A DNA stretch of 64,000 nucleotides, taken from contig JAWBXL010000003.1 of the NCBI GenBank assembly GCA_038867895.1, positions 9,474 to 73,473 on the forward strand. The letters are read 5' to 3'. The notes beneath the pieces were generated by a model, which saw only the letters and a list, made by a program, of their open reading frames with translations, did no database searches and was not told the DNA's origin. Below are positions 10,479 to 20,043 of the stretch, in pieces; positions within the stretch are counted from its first letter, which is position 1, and each line of letters starts with the position of its first letter. The position numbers and the translations under genes are program-made. The DNA comes from Candidatus Bathyarchaeia archaeon. GTDB taxonomy: Archaea; Thermoproteota; Bathyarchaeia; Bathyarchaeales; DTEX01.

Positions 10479-10583
10479 GAGTCCTCGGTGCACACATTAT
10501 TCTTAAATCCATTTTAAACTCCATCCGCTCAAAAATAATATTATACAGGCTTTAAGTTATTATTAATTTGGTTGTGCTGTAAG

Positions 10584-11900
10584 ATGAGGGTTATTGCCGA
10601 CCTACACATCCATAGCAGGTATAGTCGTGCCACGAGCACCAGTATGAACATCCTAGAGATAACGCGTTTCGCTCAGATTAAGGGCCTAACGGTTGTTGGT
10701 ACGGGAGACTTCACGCATCCAAAGTGGCTTCAAGAGCTTAAGAATGATCTTATGGAGGTTGAGGGGGCAGGTCTATATAAGCCTGTTAGGATGGTGGACT
10801 CGCCCGTGTACTTCATGATCACTGGAGAGGTCTCAACGGTCTTCGCATCTGCCAGCGGAGTAAAAAAGGTTCATCATGTGATCTTGACGCCGAGCATTGA
10901 GGTTGCTGAGCAGATAAATGATCGCCTAATTAAGTATGGCGATTTAGAGGCGGATGGAAGACCAACACTAAATATGTCCGCAGCGCACCTTGTTGAGGAG
11001 GTTATGGAGGTCTCAAAAGATAACATGGTTTTTCCCGCACACGCCTGGACGCCTTGGTTTAGCATCTTCGGCGCCTTCAGCGGCTTTGATAGAGTTGAGG
11101 ACTGCTATCAAGATATGACCAGGCACATTTTCGCTCTGGAGACAGGTCTCTCCTCAGACCCCCCGATGAACTGGAGGCTAAGTGCATTAGACAAGTTCAC
11201 CCTACTCTCGAACAGTGACTCTCACTCCACTTGGCCGTGGAGAATTGGGCGTGAGGCCAATCTTTTTGAGATAAAGTGTCCGTCATATTGGGGGATGATA
11301 GACGCGATTAAGAGCAAGGATCCGAAGAGGCTGAGGCTGACAATTGAGACGGATCCAGCCTATGGCAAGTATCATTGGACTGGACATAGGGCATGCGGCA
11401 TCTCTCTCCCGCCCGCTGAAGCGATTAAGATTGGTAATAAGTGCCCAGTCTGTCGTAAGCAGCTGACTAAGGGTGTGGAGCAAAGGGTTGAAGAGCTTGC
11501 CGATAGACCCTCAGGCTTCATACCTAGGAACGTTCCGGGCTACGTTCGTCTACTACCACTCTCAGAGGTTCTATCAGTAGTTCTAGGCGCAGGCTCGCCT
11601 GACTCCCAGAAGGTTTGGAGCATATATAATGTTTTGGTCTCAAGATTTGGGAATGAATATACTGTTTTAATGGATGCGCCCTTTGAGGAGATCGCAAAGA
11701 TAACAAATCAGGTTATAGCCGAGGCGATTATAAGGGTTCGCGAGGGAAGGGTTAAGGTTATACCTGGCTATGATGGCGTTTATGGGCAGATAATAATTTT
11801 TCCCGAAAAGGGCGTGGGCGTGATTGAAGAAGCTGAAGCCAAAGAAGAGACTGGAGAATTAAGGGATGTAAAACAGAGATCCCTCATAGATTTCTTCTAA
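10584..11900 (+). CDS. endoQ: PHP-domain nuclease, endonuclease Q-like
   Basis: [18 protein letters not shown]...[15 protein letters not shown] matches the PHP N-terminus I recall for Pyrococcus EndoQ. There is also a CPVCRK zinc-finger element. Start set at ATG 10584. Confidence 0.7.
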   Translation: MRVIADLHIHSRYSRATSTSMNILEITRFAQIKGLTVVGTGDFTHPKWLQELKNDLMEVEGAGLYKPVRMVDSPVYFMITGEVSTVFASASGVKKVHHVILTPSIEVAEQINDRLIKYGDLEADGRPTLNMSAAHLVEEVMEVSKDNMVFPAHAWTPWFSIFGAFSGFDRVEDCYQDMTRHIFALETGLSSDPPMNWRLSALDKFTLLSNSDSHSTWPWRIGREANLFEIKCPSYWGMIDAIKSKDPKRLRLTIETDPAYGKYHWTGHRACGISLPPAEAIKIGNKCPVCRKQLTKGVEQRVEELADRPSGFIPRNVPGYVRLLPLSEVLSVVLGAGSPDSQKVWSIYNVLVSRFGNEYTVLMDAPFEEIAKITNQVIAEAIIRVREGRVKVIPGYDGVYGQIIIFPEKGVGVIEEAEAKEETGELRDVKQRSLIDFF

Positions 11901-12096
11901 ATGCTAGTTATTTCTTGGAATGACTCCATAACTCCGCTGAACATTGTATTCATTATTGTTTCTTTTCCTCTTTGTGTTGAGAATAGGTCCATGTTTATTA
12001 CCATGAAGCTGAATGCGACTATGACGAAGGCTATGAGAACTATGGCTGCCTCTATGCCAACCTTCCCCTCCTGCTTTTAGAGAAACGCCTCATCAT
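11897..12096 (-). pseudogene. Archaellin/type IV pilin-like leader ORF, reading frame broken in a G-run
   Basis: Frame A reads ATGATG...[14 protein letters not shown] then stop. The adjacent frame reads [37 protein letters not shown]..., with no start codon of its own. Joined, the two give a class III signal peptide plus a hydrophobic archaellin-type N-terminus. Confidence 0.4.
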
Positions 12097-12241
12097 ACCC
12101 TTCTCTAAACCCTCCTTCGAGAAGGAAATTAGCCTGAGGCGGATATTAGATGCTGTGTATGTCGCAGAAAATACAAACAGAGTTCTAAAAAATTCTGGAA
12201 AGAAAAAAGAGGACGAGAATATTTATTCTGATGCTGTTAGT

Positions 12242-13600
12242 TTATTTTGGCTTAATCTTTCTGATTAGTGCTTGCGCTGTTAGTGTGACTGGATCCCATG
12301 TCTCTGAGAGTGGCGGTGCATAGCATGTCTCAGCCTTCGCTAGTTCCCTTAGAGTCATCTCCTTGGTTATTGCGTAGGACAGAGCGTTTATTCTTGGAGC
12401 CACACCCTCGCCGCCAATAATCTGGGCTCCAATAACCTTCTCCGTCTCCTTGTCAACAACAATCTTAATGGTTATTGGCATGGCTCCGGGATAATATGAT
12501 GCCCTAGTCTTCCCACTTAACACCATTGAGATGGCTCCTATACCAGCCCTCTCCGCGAATGCCTCAGTTAATCCAACGGCACCTATCTCTAAGTCAAATA
12601 GCCTCGTTACAGCCGCGCCCAAAACTCCTGAGAATACCGCGTATCCACCAGCAGCATTTGTCCCTGCAACTCTAGCCTGTCTCACGGCTGTTGTGCCGAG
12701 CTGACTGACTGTTGGCCGCCTAGTGACCAAATGTATTGACTCAACGCAGTCCCCGCATGCATAAATGTCTTTAACATTTGTCTCCATGCGCATATTAACC
12801 TTAATCAGCTTTGTCTCGCCTAAGGCTACCCCAGCCTTCTCTGCTAGCTCCGTGTTCCCCCTAACGCCAGTTGCGACTACGACGATGTCTGCTGGAATCT
12901 GTTCTCCAGCGACCATTACGCCTGTAACTTCATCTCCACCTAGGATCTCATCAACAGACTTCCCAGTAATTATTCTAATGCCCTTGCCCTCAAGCTCCCT
13001 CTGAACCATATCCGCCATATCTTTGTCGAGCATTGCCGGTAGAACCTGCGGTAGCAGCTCCACGACTGTCGTCTTTATGCCGCGTTCCACGAAGGCCACG
13101 GCTATCTCTAGACCGATTAGCCCGGCCCCTACAACTACCGCAGTCTTAGCCTCCTTAAGAGCCTCAAGTATCCTCTCCCCATCCTCGATTGTCCTGAGCG
13201 TGTAGACTCCTTTTTTTTCTCTTCCCTTAATAGGCGGCATGACGGCTCTCGCGCCAGTAGCAATTATTAGACTGTCATATTGAATTGTCTCCTCGCGTCC
13301 ATCCTTGTATTGCACATTAACAGTTTTAGCCTTCGCGTCAATGCCGGTCACATTTACCTCTGTTCTGAGATCGATTTTATTCATCTTGAAGTATGAGGGT
13401 GAAAATATTATAAGGTCTTGGAAGCTCTTTATATGCCCGCCTATAACAAATGGTAATCCGCAGCGAGAGTACCCCGCGTAGCGCTCGTTTGTAAACATTA
13501 TTATTTCGGCTTGTTTATCAGTTAGCCTGACAGCGGCAGCGGCATCGCATCCAGCTGCATGAGCACCTAAAATGACTATCCTCTTAGGCATGTTCTCCAT
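12242..13600 (-). CDS. FAD-dependent pyridine nucleotide-disulfide oxidoreductase (NADH oxidase / CoA-disulfide reductase type)
   Basis: GAHAAG dinucleotide fold, single redox Cys in YSRCGLPF, a second GAGLIGLE fold and CGDC. Matches the Nox/CoADR family pattern. Confidence 0.85.
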   Translation of the reverse strand: MENMPKRIVILGAHAAGCDAAAAVRLTDKQAEIIMFTNERYAGYSRCGLPFVIGGHIKSFQDLIIFSPSYFKMNKIDLRTEVNVTGIDAKAKTVNVQYKDGREETIQYDSLIIATGARAVMPPIKGREKKGVYTLRTIEDGERILEALKEAKTAVVVGAGLIGLEIAVAFVERGIKTTVVELLPQVLPAMLDKDMADMVQRELEGKGIRIITGKSVDEILGGDEVTGVMVAGEQIPADIVVVATGVRGNTELAEKAGVALGETKLIKVNMRMETNVKDIYACGDCVESIHLVTRRPTVSQLGTTAVRQARVAGTNAAGGYAVFSGVLGAAVTRLFDLEIGAVGLTEAFAERAGIGAISMVLSGKTRASYYPGAMPITIKIVVDKETEKVIGAQIIGGEGVAPRINALSYAITKEMTLRELAKAETCYAPPLSETWDPVTLTAQALIRKIKPK

Positions 13601-13626
13601 CTCTTCTTTGGCTTCTAACTAATTAG

Positions 13627-14040
13627 CTATTTCTTTGCCTGCTCTCTATACCACGCTACTGCCTGATCAAAGGTCATGAGATCTTTTAGTTCTTCGTTCA
13701 ATTTTGATGGCTCTATAATTATTAGCCATCCATCCCCATAAGGGTCGCGGTTAACTGTTCCCGGGTCTTCAGTAACCTTCTCATTAACCTCAACAACTTT
13801 ACCAGATAATGGAGCTACTAGATCTGATACCGCTTTAACTGACTCTATTGTCCCATACGGGTCTCCCTTATTAATCTCTGTTCCAGCGCCCGGCAACTCG
13901 ACGAAAACTATTTCACGTAATTGCTTCTGGGCATAGTCGGTCAATCCAATCCTGGCTTTATTACCTTCAATTTTAACCCATGCCCACTCTTTAGAGTAAT
14001 ATAATCCCTCGCGGACCTCATAACCCTCAACGTTAACCAT
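13627..14040 (-). CDS. gcvH: Glycine cleavage system H protein (lipoyl carrier)
   Basis: Lipoyl-lysine motif ESVKAVSDLVAPLSGKV and a WAWV N-terminal motif. Confidence 0.9.
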   Translation of the reverse strand: MVNVEGYEVREGLYYSKEWAWVKIEGNKARIGLTDYAQKQLREIVFVELPGAGTEINKGDPYGTIESVKAVSDLVAPLSGKVVEVNEKVTEDPGTVNRDPYGDGWLIIIEPSKLNEELKDLMTFDQAVAWYREQAKK

Positions 14041-14132
14041 TTTTTCACCCCAATGACCTTAACCATATTATGGCTCTTCTTAAAATTTAAAATTAACGTA
14101 TAATTCATTTAAATTAAATGTGTTATGCAGCA

Positions 14133-14546
14133 ATGGCCAAGAAGGTTTTCATTTCCGGGCCGATTCAGGGGATGGAGAATAAACAGTCCTATAGGGATAG
14201 GATAAATGCTCTTCTCATGAAATATGGTTATGAGCCAATTGATCCATGGAAACGCGAGATGATTCTTTATCGGGTGCGATTAGACTCAGATTGGTGGAGT
14301 CGTGTTCCACCGAGAGAGTTTATTAAGAGGGATCTTGAGGATATTGATAGGTGCGATGCGCTAATCGCTTATCTTCCAAGGCTTTCGGCTGGAACATGTA
14401 TGGAGCTATTTTATGCCAAGATTAGAGATAAGAAAACCATAACCATTTGTAAAATTAGGAATCCAAGTCCATGGATAATAGAGCATTCCGATATGATCAT
14501 TAAGAATTTTAAAGAGCTCGAAAAACTCCTTAAAGAGGGAATATAG
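14133..14546 (+). CDS. Nucleoside 2-deoxyribosyltransferase-like Rossmann protein (hypothetical)
   Basis: KKVFISGPIQG N-terminal strand-loop plus later acidic residues resemble the NDT/YtoQ-like fold. Assignment from memory only. Confidence 0.4.
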   Translation: MAKKVFISGPIQGMENKQSYRDRINALLMKYGYEPIDPWKREMILYRVRLDSDWWSRVPPREFIKRDLEDIDRCDALIAYLPRLSAGTCMELFYAKIRDKKTITICKIRNPSPWIIEHSDMIIKNFKELEKLLKEGI

Positions 14547-14548
14547 TT

Positions 14549-14827
14549 CTAAGAGTCCTGTGTAGCAGGTTCCTTTTCCCCAATCTTCTCTAGGAACTCT
14601 GATATTGATGACGCCTTTACAATATTTTTTACAATAATCATCCTTCCACGCACTAGTTCAAAAAGTTTCCTAATCTCCCCCTCATCCAGCTTCGCCATAT
14701 TTATGTAGATCATTGCTGAGAAGTACTGTGCGAATAGGTATGGGTCTCTGCGTATTATGAGTGGCGCGTGCTCCGCAACCAATCTAAATGTGCCAACATC
14801 ATCAACCTCAATAAACTCCTGAACCAT
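14549..14827 (-). CDS. Hypothetical protein
   Basis: Short ORF immediately downstream of, and co-oriented with, the DUF460 gene. No recognisable motif. Confidence 0.3.
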   Translation of the reverse strand: MVQEFIEVDDVGTFRLVAEHAPLIIRRDPYLFAQYFSAMIYINMAKLDEGEIRKLFELVRGRMIIVKNIVKASSISEFLEKIGEKEPATQDS

Positions 14828-14863
14828 AATATGCCACCAAAATCTCAATCTCTCTGGCGAGCC

Positions 14864-16144
14864 TTATATTTTATTTTCTTCTTTAATCTCCCTTAAATGG
14901 TCATTTATAATGGACTTTAGCATATCAAGAGTGTTTATGGGTTTAAGGGTTTCCCTGCTCTTAATAATCTTTTTGATCTCCTCCTTATCTGCATATGGTA
15001 GCCCATTGATCCATCTAATTTTCACTTTATCTGCCGAGATGACTGGCACATGATATTCCTCAAAAACTTCTAGGGCATGATGTGATATTTTGCCCCCAAC
15101 TATAACGGCCTTAACGCCCCTGATTACTAGACTTTTGGCTGTGGCTGGACCTCCACCGCTTGGATCTAATATGAAGACGATGTCCCCAACCCTAACATCA
15201 TATACTTTAAAGGTTCTTTCAAGCCCCTCCCTAGTGAAGGATTCTATCGGCTTTAAAAGGGTTAATCTCTCTTTAGTGCTTATCTCATCTAGGTGCTGAA
15301 GGTGACTGAGCATCCGCCTATAAGTTTCTATCTGCGTCTCCTGCTCAGCTATTTTATTCCTGAGAACTCTTATCTCCTCAAGGAGATGTTGGTACTCCCT
15401 TTCGCGCCTTATCTGAGCAGTCTCCCTGCTATGAACTTTATCTAAAGCCACTTTCAGGGACTCGATTTTAGCTTCAAGTTCTTTTATTTTTGATTGAAGT
15501 TCTCTATTTGCGGCTTGTAGAAGCCTATTTCTCTCCCTTTCAAGCATGAGCTTCTCCGTTAACCTTTTAATCGCCTCCTTAAGCTTTTCCTTTCCTTCAG
15601 AATTATTCTCTATGATATATTCATGCTTAGCATCCACCCCACTTAAAATTTTTATCGCATTAGATATACTACGTCCTCTGGCAACTAGATCCTTAACGCG
15701 GTCTGGTGGAAGGTTGCATCCAAGTTCTCTAAGCTTGGCATCAACTTGCTCAAACTTGTTTTTGTAGTGGTGGTAGGCTTTAACAGCCGCTGCCAGCGCA
15801 TCCTCCTCGTGAATGTTTTGTGTTTTGACTCCATATCGCTCAGCATAAATTTTAGATAGCCTCTGCTTCTCCTCTGAGCTCATGGGGATAGCTGGCTCAA
15901 ATAATATGGCATTCATTTTTCTTGAAAGTTTTTCTAGAAGGTTAGGCGAGGGGGATACATCGCTTGAGATTATGGTGGGCTCACCAAACTCCCTAATCCT
16001 TTCAACGATCTTTGCAAGGGGCCATTCCCTATGACTTTCGATGAGAATAGGCGTCCCATCAAGCGATAATATAGCTAAGCCGCAATTAAGTCCTGGATCA
16101 ACACCAATGATTAATTTCCTCGCCCTCTCCGATCCCACCATCAA
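14864..16144 (-). CDS. DUF460-family protein (RNase H-fold N-domain plus long coiled coil)
   Basis: The N-terminus IIGVDPGLNCGLAILSLDG resembles the RuvC/RNase H first strand with a catalytic Asp. A central ~110-aa heptad-rich segment follows (LMLERERNRLLQAANRELQSKIKELEAKIESLK...). Confidence 0.65.
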   Translation of the reverse strand: MMVGSERARKLIIGVDPGLNCGLAILSLDGTPILIESHREWPLAKIVERIREFGEPTIISSDVSPSPNLLEKLSRKMNAILFEPAIPMSSEEKQRLSKIYAERYGVKTQNIHEEDALAAAVKAYHHYKNKFEQVDAKLRELGCNLPPDRVKDLVARGRSISNAIKILSGVDAKHEYIIENNSEGKEKLKEAIKRLTEKLMLERERNRLLQAANRELQSKIKELEAKIESLKVALDKVHSRETAQIRREREYQHLLEEIRVLRNKIAEQETQIETYRRMLSHLQHLDEISTKERLTLLKPIESFTREGLERTFKVYDVRVGDIVFILDPSGGGPATAKSLVIRGVKAVIVGGKISHHALEVFEEYHVPVISADKVKIRWINGLPYADKEEIKKIIKSRETLKPINTLDMLKSIINDHLREIKEENKI

Positions 16145-16211
16145 TAAACTATAAGGGAAAATACAATTTATATAGATAACCCCAATTCTAAACTATTTTG
16201 ACTTGATAAAT

Positions 16212-17156
16212 TTAATCATTTAATCCAGATAATCCAGATTTAAGCGGCATTTTTATCCGCTCTAACACATCATTTAAATTCTTAGCTACACCATATTTCC
16301 TCCTAAAAAACTTCACTATATTTGAGATATCCCTCCTTAGAAGCATCTCGGCGCTTGGATTATTAGATCTTACGAATTGGGGCCAGTCTATTATTAATAC
16401 ATGCCAATCCGGTGTTAAGATAACGTTGTATTCACTTAAGTCTCCGTGAATTACGCCAACCTTAACATAGGCCAATCTTATATTCTCTAAGATCTCGTCT
16501 AAAATTGATTCCGGATCTGGCAGGTTACTGAAACGAAAGAGGCAATCACCCTCTATCATGCCCATAACAACTACATGCCTATTCTGAGCTATGGGCTTTG
16601 GCACTGATACACCGCATGGATAAACTAGCTTAAGAGCCTCGAACTCCCTTTCAGCCGCCAATCTTGATTGATAGAGCCAGGTTGTATGCCTCTTGTCAAG
16701 AACATATCCTCTTAACTTTCTTGTTTGGCGGAAGCTCGTCCTACCCAGTCGATGAAATTTCACAGCAACTCTCTCGCCATTCTGTGTTAAGGCATCATAT
16801 ACGTCTGATTCCTTACCCACGCCAAAAGGTTTACCGAGCGAATCAAGTGTCCCGGCCTTGACAAGGGCATTTAAAGCCAGGCAATCGTATCCGGCCGTAT
16901 TCAACATGTAACCAACGTAGGATCCGACCCAGCGATATATTAATCCAAGCTCAGATAGCTTCTCAAGCCTATATTTAACCTCCTTCTCCGGTAGGCCACT
17001 TAACCTAAGAATATCTCTCTCCGGAACAAATCTATGGCGGCTTAAATCAACTTCTATGACAGATAACATTCTAAAATCTTCCGTCTCAAGATGTGGGAAG
17101 ACCCTTACGGCCACCTCAACCGATGACATACCATTAATAATAGCTTTCATTCTCAT
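16212..17156 (-). CDS. rio2: RIO2-type serine protein kinase
   Basis: N-terminal winged helix followed by a RIO domain (GVGKESDVY, AVKFHRLG, VVMGMIEG, IHGDLSEYNVIL). Confidence 0.88.
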   Translation of the reverse strand: MRMKAIINGMSSVEVAVRVFPHLETEDFRMLSVIEVDLSRHRFVPERDILRLSGLPEKEVKYRLEKLSELGLIYRWVGSYVGYMLNTAGYDCLALNALVKAGTLDSLGKPFGVGKESDVYDALTQNGERVAVKFHRLGRTSFRQTRKLRGYVLDKRHTTWLYQSRLAAEREFEALKLVYPCGVSVPKPIAQNRHVVVMGMIEGDCLFRFSNLPDPESILDEILENIRLAYVKVGVIHGDLSEYNVILTPDWHVLIIDWPQFVRSNNPSAEMLLRRDISNIVKFFRRKYGVAKNLNDVLERIKMPLKSGLSGLND

Positions 17157-17262
17157 AAATACACAGTGTCATTCACTCGTAAGATTCCTAAAACCCAAGG
17201 CAGGCTTAACATGGCGAAAAGCAATAGAACCTTTGTATATAGAAAAATTTAAGTTTGTGTAA

Positions 17263-17496
17263 GTGTCTATTTTCGACGGTCTATTGGCATTTATCCCTGT
17301 TGGGATGTGGTGGAATAATTTGGGTCTGCGGTCGTTTATAAGAGGGAGTTTAAGGCTGCTTAGGCTTGCTAAAAAGCCAGGTAGAGATGAGCTTTGGCTA
17401 TCTATAAAAATATGTTTTCTAGGCATACTTATAGTCGGCGCAATAGGTTTTATAGTCTATTTCCTCGCAAGCATCCTTAGACCATTAGGTGTGTGA
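17263..17496 (+). CDS. secE: Protein translocase subunit SecE / Sec61-gamma
   Basis: LRLAKKPGRDELW followed by a single TM helix, in the conserved position upstream of spt5-L11. The start is uncertain; ATG 17305 is the alternative. Confidence 0.7.
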   Translation: MSIFDGLLAFIPVGMWWNNLGLRSFIRGSLRLLRLAKKPGRDELWLSIKICFLGILIVGAIGFIVYFLASILRPLGV

Positions 17497-17963
17497 AGAT
17501 TTTGGGTGAAAAAGAGGGAGCAAAATTTTTCACTTTAAGTGTAACTGTTGGCCAAGAACTTAATGTAGCGAGGATAATGGCTGGGCGCATCGAAGCGAAT
17601 AGTATTCCAGTAAAGGCAATTCTTGTGCCGGAAAACCTAAAGGGATACATAGTTGTTGAGGCTGACGGCCCACATATAATCGACCAAGCATCCGCGAATA
17701 TTAGGCATGTTAAATCTAGGGTTCCAGGCGCATTATCCTTCTCTGACATAGAAAAATATATTGTAGTTAAATCTATAATCGACGAGTTGGACATTAATGA
17801 CATCGTAGAGGTGGTTAGTGGACCGTTTAAGGGGATGAGGGCGAGGGTTACAGATATAGATAAGAGTAAGGAGGAAGTGACAATAGAGTTGCTTGAGGCC
17901 TCCTTTACTCTGCCAGTTACGGTACACGCGGATTACGTTAGGTTAGTGTCTAAAGGGTCGTGA
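17493..17963 (+). CDS. spt5: Transcription elongation factor Spt5 (NusG)
   Basis: NGN domain plus a KOW motif ([15 protein letters not shown]), in the conserved operon position. Confidence 0.9.
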   Translation: MKILGEKEGAKFFTLSVTVGQELNVARIMAGRIEANSIPVKAILVPENLKGYIVVEADGPHIIDQASANIRHVKSRVPGALSFSDIEKYIVVKSIIDELDINDIVEVVSGPFKGMRARVTDIDKSKEEVTIELLEASFTLPVTVHADYVRLVSKGS

Positions 17964-17967
17964 GATC

Positions 17968-18471
17968 ATGCCAGCCGAGAAAAAAATTGTCGAATTCATC
18001 GTTGAGGGCGGGAAGGCTACTGGGGGTCCACCTATAGGACCCGCGATCGGTCCTCTAGGCGTTAACGTTGTTGCAGTAGTGAATAAGATCAATGAGCTGA
18101 CTAAAGAGTATACTGGCATGAAAGTTCCGGTTAAAGTGATTATTGATCCGGAGACAAAGGTTTTTGAGGTTGAGGTTGGTATACCGACTACAGCCGCCCT
18201 AATCCTTAAGGAGGTTGGTGTAGAGAAGGGTTCAAGTAAGCCGAATGTTGAGAAAGTTGGTAACCTCACAATGGAACAAGTGATTAAAATTGCTGGAATA
18301 AAGCGGGGTAAGCTTCTGGCAAAAACTTTAAAGGCGGCTGTTAAGGAGGTTGTTGGCAGTTGCGTGAGCATAGGTATTACAGTTGAGGGGAAGGATCCAA
18401 AGGTTGTTTTAAGGGAGATTAATGAGGGAAAATATGATGATCTGTTCAAGAAGGCTGAGGAGGCAAAGTAG
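17968..18471 (+). CDS. rpl11: 50S ribosomal protein uL11
   Basis: [20 protein letters not shown] signature. Confidence 0.95.
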   Translation: MPAEKKIVEFIVEGGKATGGPPIGPAIGPLGVNVVAVVNKINELTKEYTGMKVPVKVIIDPETKVFEVEVGIPTTAALILKEVGVEKGSSKPNVEKVGNLTMEQVIKIAGIKRGKLLAKTLKAAVKEVVGSCVSIGITVEGKDPKVVLREINEGKYDDLFKKAEEAK

Positions 18472-18502
18472 TATTCTCCATTAGCGATGGGGGTTTGATT
18501 AA

Positions 18503-19162
18503 ATGCCTATAGGAAGAAAATATATATTGGAAGCAATTAGAGAGATGCGCACAAGGACTCCAAAGAGAAACTTTAAGCAATCAGTTGAGCTGATCATTAA
18601 TCTTCGGGATGTGGATTTAAGCAAGCCGGAAAACAGGATTCAGGAATTAATTGAGCTGCCTCATCCAATAGGAAAAAAGGTTAACGTATGTGTTTTTGCT
18701 ACTGGTGATATGGCGCTTAAAGCTAAGAGGGCTGGCGCGGATATGGTTTTAGAGAAGGAGGATATTGAAGGTATGGCCAATAATAAGAAGAGGCAGAGGC
18801 AGCTAGCGAGGTCTTTTGACTCCTTCATTGCTGCTGCCCCATTGATGCCCCTTATCGGTAGAGTCTTTGGTGCTATTTTAGGTCCAAGAGGAAAGATGCC
18901 TACGCCGGTACCCCCAACAGCCGATATGGAGAGGGAGATTGAACGGCATAGAAGGCTCATTATGGTTAGAACTAGGGGGCAGCCAGTCTTAAGTTGCCGT
19001 ATTGGCACAGAAGATATGAGTGACGAAGATCTCGCCGACAACATCGATGTCGTCTTAAAGAAGGTTGAGGGGAAGCTTAAGAGGGGAATAAAAAATATAG
19101 CCTCAATTTATATTAAGGCGTCGATGGGCCAGCCAGTAAAAGTTAAGTTTGAGGAGGATTAG
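18503..19162 (+). CDS. rpl1: 50S ribosomal protein uL1
   Basis: FKQSVELIINLRDVD...LGPRGKMPTP pattern, in the conserved order. Confidence 0.95.
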   Translation: MPIGRKYILEAIREMRTRTPKRNFKQSVELIINLRDVDLSKPENRIQELIELPHPIGKKVNVCVFATGDMALKAKRAGADMVLEKEDIEGMANNKKRQRQLARSFDSFIAAAPLMPLIGRVFGAILGPRGKMPTPVPPTADMEREIERHRRLIMVRTRGQPVLSCRIGTEDMSDEDLADNIDVVLKKVEGKLKRGIKNIASIYIKASMGQPVKVKFEED

Positions 19163-20040
19163 TGTTGCTAGCCCAAACCCATAGCTCACTTATCGAGAAA
19201 ACTGAGAAGGTTAAGGAGATAAAGCTGCTCCTCAACGAATACCGCGTTCTTGGGATTGCAAGCTTACATAAAGTTAGGGCTCAACAGCTCCAGGAGATGA
19301 GAAGCAAACTTAAGGGCATAGCATATCTAAAGGTTTATAAGAACACGTTGGTTAAACGTGCTCTCAAGGAAATCAAAGATGACTTCTCTCTAGAGAATCT
19401 CTGGGAGTACATGCAGGGATCTAACGTTTACATCTTCACAAACTATAACCCATTTAAGCTGGCGTTGCTTCTTGAGAGGAGTAAAGTTAGGGTACCAGCT
19501 AAGGCTGGTGATGTTGCCACAGAGGATATAATTGTTCCGGCTGGTAATACTGGCTTACCGCCGGGTCCAATAATTAGTCAGCTTAATGCTGTTGGCATAC
19601 CGACGCGTATAGAAAGTGGCAGTGTATGGGTTGCTAAAGACACTGTTGTCGCGAGGAAAGGCGAGGCTATAAACGAAAGCTTAGCCGCAGCTCTCTCGAA
19701 GCTCGGTATAAAACCCATAGAGCTGGGTTTAACCCTCAAAGCCGTATATGATGGGGGCGTTGTCCTCTCCGAGAATGATCTCAAAATAAACATAGAAGAA
19801 TATGAAAAGAGTATTTGCGGTGCTCATTTAGAGGCGCTTAATTTAGCTATAAATGCCGCTTATCCAATGCCTGAAACAATAGCCTTCCTCATTAATAAGG
19901 CCATCATAGAGGCTAAAAACTTGGCTCTAAACGCTGGGGCCTTTATATCGGAGGCTCTATCAGAGTTATTATTAAGAGCTCATCTTGAAGCCTCCGCCCT
20001 AGAGGCGAAAATTAAAGAGAAATGCCCTGATTGGCAATGA
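19162..20040 (+). CDS. rplP0: 50S ribosomal stalk protein uL10 (P0)
   Basis: Position after uL1, plus an N-terminal uL10 domain (LHKVRAQQLQEMRSKL, GNTGLPPGPIISQLNAVGIPTRIESG). Only 292 aa, and ends KIKEKCPDWQ with no acidic tail. Confidence 0.88.
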   Translation: MLLAQTHSSLIEKTEKVKEIKLLLNEYRVLGIASLHKVRAQQLQEMRSKLKGIAYLKVYKNTLVKRALKEIKDDFSLENLWEYMQGSNVYIFTNYNPFKLALLLERSKVRVPAKAGDVATEDIIVPAGNTGLPPGPIISQLNAVGIPTRIESGSVWVAKDTVVARKGEAINESLAAALSKLGIKPIELGLTLKAVYDGGVVLSENDLKINIEEYEKSICGAHLEALNLAINAAYPMPETIAFLINKAIIEAKNLALNAGAFISEALSELLLRAHLEASALEAKIKEKCPDWQ

Positions 20041-20043
20041 TAC

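Noticed and set aside
17169-17426. 85-aa minus-strand ORF between rio2 and spt5
   Set aside because: It overlaps the SecE gene on the other strand. SecE has a conserved motif and operon position, and this ORF has neither.
17943-18449. 168-aa minus-strand ORF
   Set aside because: Antisense shadow of the uL11 gene, with low-complexity S/T/P/F composition.
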